Source of the DNA: Phoronis australis
Lineage: Eukaryota > Animalia > Phoronida
Assembly (NCBI GenBank): GCA_002633005.1
Contig: NMRA01000904.1
Coordinates: 23,413 to 87,412 of the forward strand
DNA length: 64,000 nucleotides
Direction: 5' to 3'
Below are positions 37,230-47,778 of the stretch, in pieces. Made by a program: the position numbers and the translations under genes. Within the stretch, counting starts at the first letter, position 1; every line of letters begins with the position of its first letter. A model generated the notes under the pieces. The model saw nothing but the letters and a program-made list of their open reading frames with translations. It made no database searches and was not told the DNA's origin.

Positions 37230-40200
37230 GTGGCTGGACTGAACATGCTCCATACTGCTCGGGCAATGATTAGGGCAGATCGCACTTGGTCTTGGAATGA
37301 TCACTTGCAAGCTGTTGGTGATGCCTTGCCAATATTTGCTGCAGCTAGACACCACAACTACTTGAAATCCGCTTACTTCTACATACGAGAAATGGCTGAT
37401 TTGGCGAACAAACATCCAGATGTGTCTGCGAAGTTTCAAAAATGGCTTTCGTGTGATTCGGCGAACAAACCAGTTCTGGACAGGCCTCAGCTGTGATCTA
37501 GCCATTGAACATATTACTATATGTGATCGTTAAGAAGCTCAGGCGGTTTGACTCATGGAAGTAAGATGGCAGAGGAGCAGGGAGCATTATGGACAATGTC
37601 GGTCACCTGCAAGGTGATGTTAACATCACCTTGCAGGCCTTCAATGACGTCACGTACACAACAACCAAACAATACAAAGAAGCAACTGGTGCCAGAATTG
37701 AAAGAGGTGCATGCGACTTCGCGAAGATAATCACAAAAGTGCCTGAATGTTCACCATTCTCCTTAGACTGGGAAACGCAACTACTGTCTAGGTTGGTCCT
37801 AACGGATTCATCGATCCTATCTTACTCTTTCAGCTGGGTTTTCTGGTGGTATCCCGTTGAGATGACTTGTCTCTTGAGGAAGTGGTGAGTTTCGAGCTCA
37901 GTCCATACCCACCGTTTCTCTGAGGACAACCTGATATTGAAGAAGGTTTATAAACTTCAACTGACTCAAGCCGTTTATGACCACTGTTCCAAGGCCCATG
38001 CACGTAAAGGAGCACCAAACTCCACACCTTCAATACGTCTCCAGACTAAAAGGTATGAGCTTTATGGAGGATCTTTGCTCAACAAGCTTAAATGTAAGAC
38101 GGCAGATGCGCATGGAAAACTTGCCAGAACATATGCTGACTTCATGACAAAGCACTATGAGGCAGTCACTGTTGTCTTTGGTGACTATGCTGCAGGTCCT
38201 CCGATAAAGGATAACATTCAGCAGAAACGGAGACAGACCAGCACCTATCCGACTGTGAATTTCACCGGAGAAACGGAATTTGATGTTTGAGAGAGATGAA
38301 TTCCTATTCACCAGAAATAACAAGCCAGAACTGATCGCCTTAATAAGTGACCAGCTGCAGAAAGTGGGATGCACAGCCGTTCACGGAGGAAGGGGACGCT
38401 GGTGTGGACATTGCAAAGACCGCAGTAAACAGTGTAGTATGTATTCCACAACAGTAATCGGCAAGGACACTGAATTGTTGATGCTTATGCTCCATAACTG
38501 AAGGGCTGAAGGGAAACCGCTTTTTTTCAGATTGTACAATTAGTCAAGAACCAATCTGAAAGTATACGACATAAATTGAATGAAGTGTGTGCTCTGGGCC
38601 CGGTCTCCAATTTTCCTACTCAGACTCGAATCTTACTCAAACAAACACTTCATACTCAACTCGAGTACAGACTTAGCTTTGGTGTATTCAATGTCGTACT
38701 CGAAAAATCTGCACTCGAAATTTCGAGCACGTATTCACTTTTCGAGTATATATACTCACTGGCAGTGTGCTTGAAATGGTACTCAAAAATAAATACAGCG
38801 GATGCGAGACACAGACAAATTATTCCACAAGCGAAAGAAGAAAATATCGAAAACCCATTAAGAAACACAACAAATATTTGTCAAATTTTAGTCCTCATAC
38901 CAGATTTCAGAGCTTGACACAATAGTTTTCATTTTAAATCTTCTTCATCTTAAACCGACGTATCACAGCACTGCTTTGCCGCCAATTTGTAAACTCCTTA
39001 CTAGGATTCCTGGCAACTGGCGAATTCTAATCTTATGTCGACGAGTCATTACAAGTGTCAAAAGCTGCTGTGGTGAGGGGGTTGCATTGATTGCAGAGCA
39101 TGCGCAACGGGTTTTACGGTTTCCTTAAGACGAGAAAAGTTCAACAACAGTTTACTTCCCTGTCAGACAGCCTACATTTCACATCATAGTTTTAGTCATT
39201 GTTAATTCCTCAATTCCCGAATGGTATTCCACATTCTGTTTGCCTATTTCTAAGTTGACGTCAGATTTCAAAAATACAGTATCAAATTTTTGACATCATC
39301 TTAAGCCTACACGGCAATGGGTTCTATGAAAAGACTAAATTAGCAAGAAAGAACAGGGGTTGACCAGAAACCAAATAACTGCGGCCCAAAAATGTCGACT
39401 GGAGCTTCGGGTTAAAGTGGACAACCGGCTTACTTGAGAAGAACGCCTCCGCTGGCAATTAAGGTACAAACTTTTGAAATTCGACCTCCCGTTAAAGAAA
39501 ATGTGCAATTCGAACTCTCCCTTAAAAATGTTGGTTGCAGGCCTGTGATTTGGTGCCTGACCCCCGGGCCTGTGGTCACCGACCCACCACTGCACGTATC
39601 ACTAAGAAAGAAAATTTAAGTGGTTGGTGTGACCATGCCAATTCTAGGAGTAAATGTGTAAAGTGTAGGGGAGAATGAACTCATTTTGCCCCATGGCTAA
39701 ATCAGACACTGTCATCATGTCTTCACCTCTTTGATGTGATAAGCTGTTACAAATTTCTTAAGACATTTTCAGGCGATGAGGAACTCAAGAAGAAAAGCTT
39801 AATAATTGGCAAATGTATCAAGAAATGGTATACGAATATTGTTTTGAAACTGAACAAAAATTGAATAACAGTTACAGAAACTCGGCATTCTACGTTATAG
39901 TTTAATTTGTAATTGTGGCGACAGCAGACGATAATGTAGTTGCTAGGGTAGTCTATGCGAATAGGGAACGCTGAATCAGCGCGACTTTGCGTGGTTTTGC
40001 ATTTCACATCATAAAGGGTTCCATAGCAACTCAGTACGATTTTCAGATTTGAGTACGTTTTTGTCTACACGAAATGCGACATTAAATACGCTTTTTGAGT
40101 ACGACTCCAGTGAGCACGATTTTGAGTATGCAATCTCGAGTATGAGTATGAGTAACAGTCTGAGTACGGAGATTGGAGACCGGGCCCAGGATTAAGTAGC

Positions 40201-40770
40201 GCACCCAGATACTATTCCTGCACTCCTTCACAGGATGCGACTCAATAACTCGTATATTTGCTGGCGTTGGAAAGAAATCAGTCTCTCAGAAACTCGTGAA
40301 AGATGACCAAGTCCTCTAGTCATGCGCAGACACATTCACTACGACTGGTGTGAGCCCAGCTGAGATAGAGAAACTTGGTAGACAAGCGATGGTCGCAATA
40401 TTTGGTAGAGAGAGCACGTGTTCTCTGGTTGCCATGCATTACAACATATTCACGAAAAAGGTTGCTGCTGCTAAGTGTTTCGCTACTCATGAACGTCTTC
40501 CACCAACGGAATCAGCCGCCAGGTTTCATTGTCTTGAGTGTACTATCAGGTCATGGTTTGGACAGGGATGGCAAATGATCTGGATCATTTAGACTGGGGC
40601 TGGAGACTTCAAGACAATCAATTCGTACCCATCACAACTTCCATGAATGCAGCACCAGACACTCCTGAAGATGATACACTGCAACTGTACCACTGCTTGT
40701 AGTACACCCCTTGCAGTTGCAGAAGAAAGAATTGGCTTGCATTTACATCTACATGTGGATTATGCCTAGC
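37230..40770 (+). pseudogene. Academ protein remnant (transposase C-part, XPG/PIN-like nuclease, Cys-rich finger), split by a Harbinger insertion
   Basis: IRADRTWSWNDHLQAV...FAAARHHNYLKSA, IRRTNQFWTGLSCDLAIE, GGSLL...VTVVFGDY..GP..KD, TVIGKDTELL, FTGCDS...GVGKK, LPPTESAARFH, DWGW, CNCTTAC...CSC. Many frameshifts. Confidence 0.8.
38597..40186 (-). mobile_element. PIF/Harbinger-type non-autonomous element (copy B), nested in the Academ ORF
   Basis: Same TIR as 15161-16544, with flanks CTG / CAG. The empty site is visible in Academ copy 2 at ~59505-59507. Carries an extra ~380-bp insertion (~39352-39731) that copy A lacks. Confidence 0.85.
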
Positions 40771-40975
40771 GACATATCTTGACATTTCACTAAATCAGTG
40801 ATGAGGATTGACGTGAGGCAGTCCGTGTAATGAGCATAACATTCTTGGGTGAAAATGTAATCTAATCGTTCATGCGTCAAGTCGACGAATAAGTACTTTA
40901 CTGGCATCTGGTGTTCAGTCATTTTGATACAGACGGTTTTTCACGTTTTCCCCCGTGTATGGGTTGGGCGCAGTT

Positions 40976-41674
40976 TGTTACAGACCGGTGCAAATAGCTT
41001 TTGGTGCGATTGTAGTGTGAAGACTGGTTCGAGTTAATCTTATTATTAATCTCGACCGTACGTTCACAAGCCTACTCAAACAAAACGTCCGACGTAATGT
41101 CTGTTCTATGCTCCAGGTAGTGCTGCGAAGCCTTGACTTCTGATGAACTTCTGAGACACGTTCAGCAACTGTTACACTCGCTGGTTCAAATAACATGCTG
41201 TCTTTATAGCTGGCTCTCTATTGTCTCCCGCTGTAACTGCTGATTCTCTTCACTGCAACTCAACTGTAATTCTCTCAACTGTCTAACTATTAACTGCTTT
41301 TCTTTTGAACTGACTAATACAAACCCGTGCTTGTGTAATTATAGGCTAATGCAATAATGTAGAACTTTTCTCCAATTCAAGCACATGCCAGAACTTTCTG
41401 GAATCTGCCCAATCATTCTACAAACATATACTAGTCTCTAGAATATTCCAGAATGCATTAATCACTGTCATGCTAGAGGCTCCTAGAAAGTTCCACACTA
41501 TACTCTAGTTACCAAATTACATCATCACTTTACTGAACTCAGTCTTCTAGAAAGCTCCATGCTATTCAAACAAATTACATCATCACTGTACTTAACTCAG
41601 GGGTCATGCCAATCAAAACTAAACAACAAGACAAAACAATACAACTAAAAACAGAGTCAGTCTATATTCTGACA
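40976..41674 (-). mobile_element. LTR (probably Gypsy-type) with adjacent PBS-like stub
   Basis: TGTCAG...GTAACA termini on the minus strand, followed by AACTGCGCCCAAC (resembles tRNA-Lys PBS TGGCGCCCAAC). Absent from the homologous site in Academ copy 2. Confidence 0.7.
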
Positions 41675-43451
41675 TGGATGCCTTTTAAGTAAACGAAAAT
41701 TTTTTCAGGTTTAAGTTATTGAGCATAATACAACCTATAGCTTGGTACACATTCTGTCAGTGCATTCCAAACACTGTAGTTCATCAGATTGCAGTCAGGA
41801 CTTTGTTTACAACACGTTGTAATTAACCCCAGTTAACTCGTTCTCAGGACTTGAAAACACAATCTTTACTTCGCAAATTGTGGCACCCAACTGACAAATC
41901 ATTTTTGACACAACCATTGGAAACATACTTCTGAGCAAATTGATTGCTAAGTGCCACCATCTTTGATACATAATATATAATTATGTAGGCTATTTTGGCA
42001 TTGACTTTATTGAGTTACAAAAGTATCTTTCCTGACCTGGAGCGAGAACACAGTGTATCATTTTTTATGATGTACTGACAATCGTTTGATATGCACATGT
42101 GCAAAATTTCGTTCAATTTCAATAAAAGTTAATTACGAACCCTTTTGTGACCACCTAATATAATGGACAGACAGTTATTATTCGCTGTTGAATTTTAGCC
42201 GCCATCTTGAATTTCATTTCAAATACTGATCGTATCTTATTTTTAACCACACCATACAGTTGCTCACACCTTAAAACCATAGACTAGAACCAAAATTATG
42301 TCTCTATCACAATTATTGAAGAAGTAACATCTATTTTAGTGGTTTCGAATCGTCGTGGCGGCCATCTTGGAAATGACCCGCTCTGATTTTGGAGAGCATT
42401 TTTCCTGTTAATAAATATGCCTAGTAGAGCAAAAAGAACTGTAAAACCTTTTGTTGCAATTTGTTGTTGGTCAGGTGGCATATTGACTAGTTAACATAGA
42501 CGTAGCACATCTAACTTATTTGGAAATATGACCTTTGACCTCAAGCGACTTCACGCGTGTTTCAAAAATCGTGTTTGTGATTCCTGAAAATCTTTCTCAC
42601 AGGGGAAAGTGAATTACTCTGTACTAGTTTTTACAAGAGGCTACCTTCGTCAGGAAATGTTTAAACATTATTTTTGACGAACTTTCGCGTTCCATACCCC
42701 TTTAAGAGAAAGCTTTGAATATGGTACCCGTCATTATAATAACAATTAGAAGTGTTAAGTGAATTCTAGCAAGACTTCTGTCGCACCCGAGGCGTACGTG
42801 CAACATATTTTGTACAAGGCGCTCGATTTTATAACTAAAATTCAATCCATTAAACATTGTTGATAGAATCTTTGGAATCAAATAGTAATTTAACAGAAGA
42901 ACAAACATTCATAGCATGCACAGTCAATATGGTCCGCGCGATCTCACAGGTACGATTTGCGCCAAGGATATAATTTCCGAACTCATACTCGATTCATAAT
43001 CAGATTGAAATTTTTACCAGTCAGTGAATTTTATCCTATAAGTTGGGAACTTCATCCCAATCTAATCTCATCCCAAACTCAATTCAATGACCGCCACCTT
43101 GTAAGTTACGCTAGTGGGGCTTTGAGTTGCGAAACACTCGCCTTCTAACGACTCGATTATGCATGATCTTGCCTGATCTAAACATTTTCGCCAGAAGTTT
43201 AGTCTACGAAGACCAAAACGTCCATTGACAGAACGTGCCTATGTACAGTTTATAGAAACTTACATTTCTTTGGCGGTTTCAGAAATGACACGTTTAGTAA
43301 TTATCAGTAAACAATAGGACCAGCTTCACTCTAAGTTCATGCTTACATGTAGGTAATTGAAGATTTAAAAAGACACTATGACATTCAACTCTCATTCTAA
43401 ATCAGTGTCCATGCGGAAAATGTACATGTTGCAAAAACCAATGAATATTAC

Positions 43452-43549
43452 CCCATCGATAAGCTTTTTTTCCAGGTCTTGGTAGGAAGTCGTATTGCCG
43501 TACATGTAACTTTCATCCCAATCCTCATTTATAATGAACGAAAACTGAA
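43452..43549 (-). CDS. Host gene exon: N-terminal part of SEA-like domain 1
   Basis: Acceptor cccgttttag (phase 1) and donor GGG|gtaata (phase 0): QFSFIINEDWDESYMYGNTTSYQDLEKKLIDG, matching the SEA pattern F-x-I...W...S-Y/F-x2-L. Confidence 0.7.
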
Positions 43550-43709
43550 CTAAAACGGGAACCAATAGAAAACACAACATTAAATTACATGACTTTAGAT
43601 GCACTACATGATTTGATGAGGACGTGACGCTAGGGTTCATTTGTTTTCCATGAAAAAGGAAAAATGCAATTAGGGTGCAACCGTATTAGTTTTTAGTTAA
43701 GTCTGGCTA

Positions 43710-44028
43710 CCCATACGAAAAGGAAAAGTTGAGTTTCAATTGAGATTCAATTGAAATTCAATTGAATTTCAATAGAAAATAGAATTTCTATTGAATATGT
43801 CTATAGAATGAAAATTCAATTGGCACTTCCCTTGCCGTCAATTGAATGGCTGTTGAACGGCTAGGGAATTCCTATTGACTGGCTATTGAATATGCTAATG
43901 AATTGAATCAATTCATTTACATGGGAAAAACTTCAATTGGATTTCAATTGAAACTCAATTGAACCTCAACTGAGTTTCAATTCCTGTCCCAACTGAAAGT
44001 CCAGTGTACATGTACTTTTTCGTATGGG
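43710..44028. mobile_element. EnSpm/CMC-like MITE (CCC ends)
   Basis: TIR CCCATACGAAAA/TTTTCGTATGGG, TA on both flanks, and an internal array of palindromic TTCAATTGA(A) motifs. Confidence 0.7.
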
Positions 44029-45643
44029 TATAGCCGAATGATGCACTGGAACATTACAAGAAGTCAGGCCAGCCACTGTTAAAGTTGGTATCACGCCACA
44101 TTACAAGTAAATGTATTTATCTTTATAATAAAAGAAACTAAACATAAGCTCAAAATTTCCCAAATTATACAACCCGTCATTTGAAATAAAAACAACTATT
44201 TTAAGTCCATGCCATCAAGTAACTATTACTTTTCGGTTTCTTGTCACAATGTGTCGAGCCCCCAATACATGTACACTGTAACAGATTTTTTCAGAGATTT
44301 TGGACACCCTGCCACTTTGGTTTTCATGTTAGGAGTCCGATTCTCTTTGAATTGTGACGACCTTGCCCACTCTTTCACACCACAGTAGGCGGTATTCAAT
44401 TTTTCTGACACAATAGTTACGTCACCAGAAAAGCCCGATGTAAGCGAGTTTTCACGAAGGACGGTTTGTTACTGTTTGGAGTAAATGTAGATAACTTTGC
44501 AGGTATGACATAAACGAGTGTCCGTACATTGCAAAACGTGTCTCAGTCAGGACACGACGAGGAAGGATTGATCGGGTTTCCTATTTGTCACTTGTTTGAC
44601 GCAGGAGCATTTGTAGCCTACAGATGTTATGTCCGTGCGGTAAGTAATACACTGATTCATTCAGCAATAGCTTTAGTTATTGACCCCCAGGAGGGATAAT
44701 GGCCAGCGTTCAGATCCCTGCTCCCCCAACCTCCTAAGGTCGTCATGAATTTCACGTTTTGTCCCTGGGCCTGACAGAAGCCAATTTTCGATACTACTTC
44801 CTACTGTGGTCAACAATTTTGACCCCATTCGGCGCAGGGAATATCTGACCTCCCTTTTGTCTACGTCAACGGTTAAAGTATTTGCTGCAAATTGCCAAAA
44901 GTGACGACGGTAACTCTTACGTAATACAATGTATATGCTATCCTTCCTAATGACAAACATCCATAGGATAAAAGATTTAAATATCACTGGCTGGTGAAGG
45001 AGACGTGTTTGACAAGAGAAGGCCTGTCCCGTTTCATGGAAACTTTTCTGTCTTATAATTTAGACCCAAGTCGGGCTAACATAAGACCAAAGCGTTTTAA
45101 TACCGTTTCATATATGAAATTTTGCAAGACTGCAATTAGACTGGAAACAGTTTATGTTGAGACTGAAAACTAGCCTGCTACGAAGTACTAAATGACCAAA
45201 ATGTAAGACGGTCATCACAGTAAATTGTCGAGGAACAAATTTCGTTGACATTATAATGCCCTTAAACAATATCAAATTGAAGATCGTCTGCTGTCCGAGT
45301 GTATTTCAGTCTATGCAAACTAGAATTCGTGTAAGACACACGAGTAAACGCTGTAAGACGTCGGAGAGTTTGTCATACGGAGCTCCACAGTTAATTGTGG
45401 CAATGAACACTGTCGATGACGCACGTATGTTCATCTGTCTTTCAAATTCAACAATATTCCACTGAAACATCGGTGAAAACAACCATGCAACACTTTATTC
45501 GAATTGTTCAACTTTCAATTTTATTTTAAAGCCAAGTTTTAACTATCAATTAATTGATAACTTTTACCACGTGTATTAATCCGGGGGAGGATATGCTCGG
45601 TTGAAAATGAACTGTAGACATGCATTTCATTAGTTTCACTTAC

Positions 45644-46069
45644 AGGGAAAACAGGCAATATGCAGATGTGTGCATCGAACGTTATTTCTTTGTGCTTCGG
45701 GTGTTTTTCTTTCCTCGAAGGCAGAATTGTTAGCTCGTTTAACTGTTACGCACAGAAACTCTGCGTCATAGCAGCTTCGGGTAACGTTGATCTGAACATG
45801 TCCTTCAACATACGCTATTTCGTCCGCCTTTAGAGCTATTGAAGTCGGGTTAGGCTGTCGAAATGCTATCCCTCTAACATTCATGTTCGGATGATTATAT
45901 TTGCCCATGTAGTCGTTACTGGCGCTGAAGACAAATATGAAATTGTCCTTCCCTGTTGCACTAATCGGGAGGTCTGACTTAAAACCAAATTTAAACACAA
46001 CCTTACTTTCCTCTTGAAATATTATTCCCGGTTCCATAGAAACTATTGCGAACTCTTCCATGGACAAAT
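45644..46069 (-). CDS. Host gene exon: Cys-containing beta-sandwich (CARDB-like) module 2
   Basis: Acceptor tctttacag and donor T|gtaagt, 426 bp, phase 1-1, open: DLSMEEF...SCYDAEFLCVTVKRANNSAFEE...RNNVRCTHLHIACFP. Confidence 0.8.
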
Positions 46070-47335
46070 CTGTAAAGACAACCCCAGAATTTTCGCTTGT
46101 CTTTCAAAACGCATGGCGCTTTCAGTATTACAAAGCAATGAAATGGAATTAAGAAGCTTAAAGTACAGTACAGGTAGATTAGTGACCCACATCGCCCGCA
46201 TGGGGCGCCCATGCGGGTGATAGGGCCCACATGTACATGTATGTTTAAAACCTGTCCAACGTGAGAACTAACAAACGATGTCAAAAAACAGCAGTGGACA
46301 AAGCTGTTTTGACTCCTCAAATGTCTGTTTTAACTGATGTTGCGCCAAACTTAGCCAAGAACGCGTTTTATGCATGCACTCCTAAGTGTTTCTAACATGT
46401 AATTAACCATTTTAAGAGACTTCTACTCTAGTCCAACTACTAATTTCGGGAAGAAAAACAATTTACATGTACTGTACAGTGTACATCTAATGCTATATTT
46501 TTCGAATTAAAGAACTGCTTTAAGAGGCATTATCTGAGAAAACCTGCAAAGTTGCAAAATGTTGGCGGAGGCACTTTCATCAATTAAGTTGATATTTTGC
46601 ACACCAATTTGTACTCACATATGAATAACTAAATCACGTCTGTTTTTATCTGGAGTCATTCTATAAAAAAAAATAATAAATACCTTCCGTCGTGGTTTTT
46701 TCACACACAGGACAAGAATGTCCAAAAAGACAAAAAGAATGCCAACACTCACAGAGCTGGAAGCCAGTTTGTGACTTTGAATGATCATAATTAGTGGAAT
46801 TGAAGCCATTGCTGTGCTTGGGAATTGATTTCGTTGAGCATCTGTGTGAATTTGTATTTCATCTCGACTTTTTGTTGACGCACTAAAATTGACCGAACGT
46901 CACTTCAGTTAGGGCTTGGTTAGGCTTAGTAAATCCCGAAGTTTTCCGATAGTAGAAGTCCGATTATGAAAAAGTGGTTCCAAATTATATTTAAAAAATG
47001 GTGCCTTAGTACAGAAAAAAATATTGTTCACCGTAATACTATTTGAACTTTGGGATAATTCATCCTTTTTTGACAATCCGACTTTATTCGGAAGCACTTT
47101 CGCATATTTGCCTTGGCAATTATCAGCGAAAGTCGATGTCACGTGACATACCGAAACTTATCAAATTGCGTATTTTAACAGAAACACATCATAAAATTAC
47201 AATTTGTCTCTGTATCATTCCTCATAATGAATTATGTGTAGAACAAAAGTTATATTTGAATAAAATACTAAGAGTTTAACTGAATTTACAACAAGAATTC
47301 TAATTTTGGGAGTACAAGGGAAGGAAGACACAATA

Positions 47336-47741
47336 ATGGCGACTCTTGTGGGTACTTGTTGTTCATTCTCTACAAAATCCACAGTAAATTGTTCTGAAGT
47401 CGGGGGTGAAAAGAATCTGAGGAGTGTTTTGAGCTGTGACAGAGATGTTTCCAAATATCTGCGGTATATGAACGTATCGGAGGTCGTAACGGAGTGGAAA
47501 CTTCTGTTGAACAGAGCGGTATTTGACGAGGGCTCGGCTGATGAACTGACGGTGTGTCCCCGTCATAGGAACAAGTTTGGTGTAGAGTTCTTCCCATCTA
47601 AACTCTGTGCCTACCCAGATCATGGAGGGAAGAAGAAGAGACGTCCTAAAGCTCTGTGAGGTTGACGTGCAATGAATTTAGCTATGTTATTGTTAGAGGA
47701 GATAAGAACTGAGAGAAATGTGATCCTGCCCATTGGATCAG
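47336..47741 (+). pseudogene. Sola3 transposase exon 1 (Cys/His-rich N-terminus)
   Basis: CSF...LSCDRDVSKYL...EWKLLLNRA...VCPRHRNKFG...CAYPDH, then stops/frameshift, then LPIGSG|gtatg. Confidence 0.75.
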
Positions 47742-47778
47742 GTATGCATTGTTTAATTGTGGATCTATGGCAAGATAT

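Larger units (their letters stand above)
36647..42489 (+). mobile_element. Academ DNA transposon derivative, copy 1, carrying nested insertions (left boundary approximate)
   Basis: Several-hundred-bp imperfect TIRs (...ACAAC..TTGCAACAAAAGGTTTTACAG...); the right end is ...TATTGACTA (5'-TAGT on the other strand). Degenerate Academ-type ORF. Confidence 0.8.
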
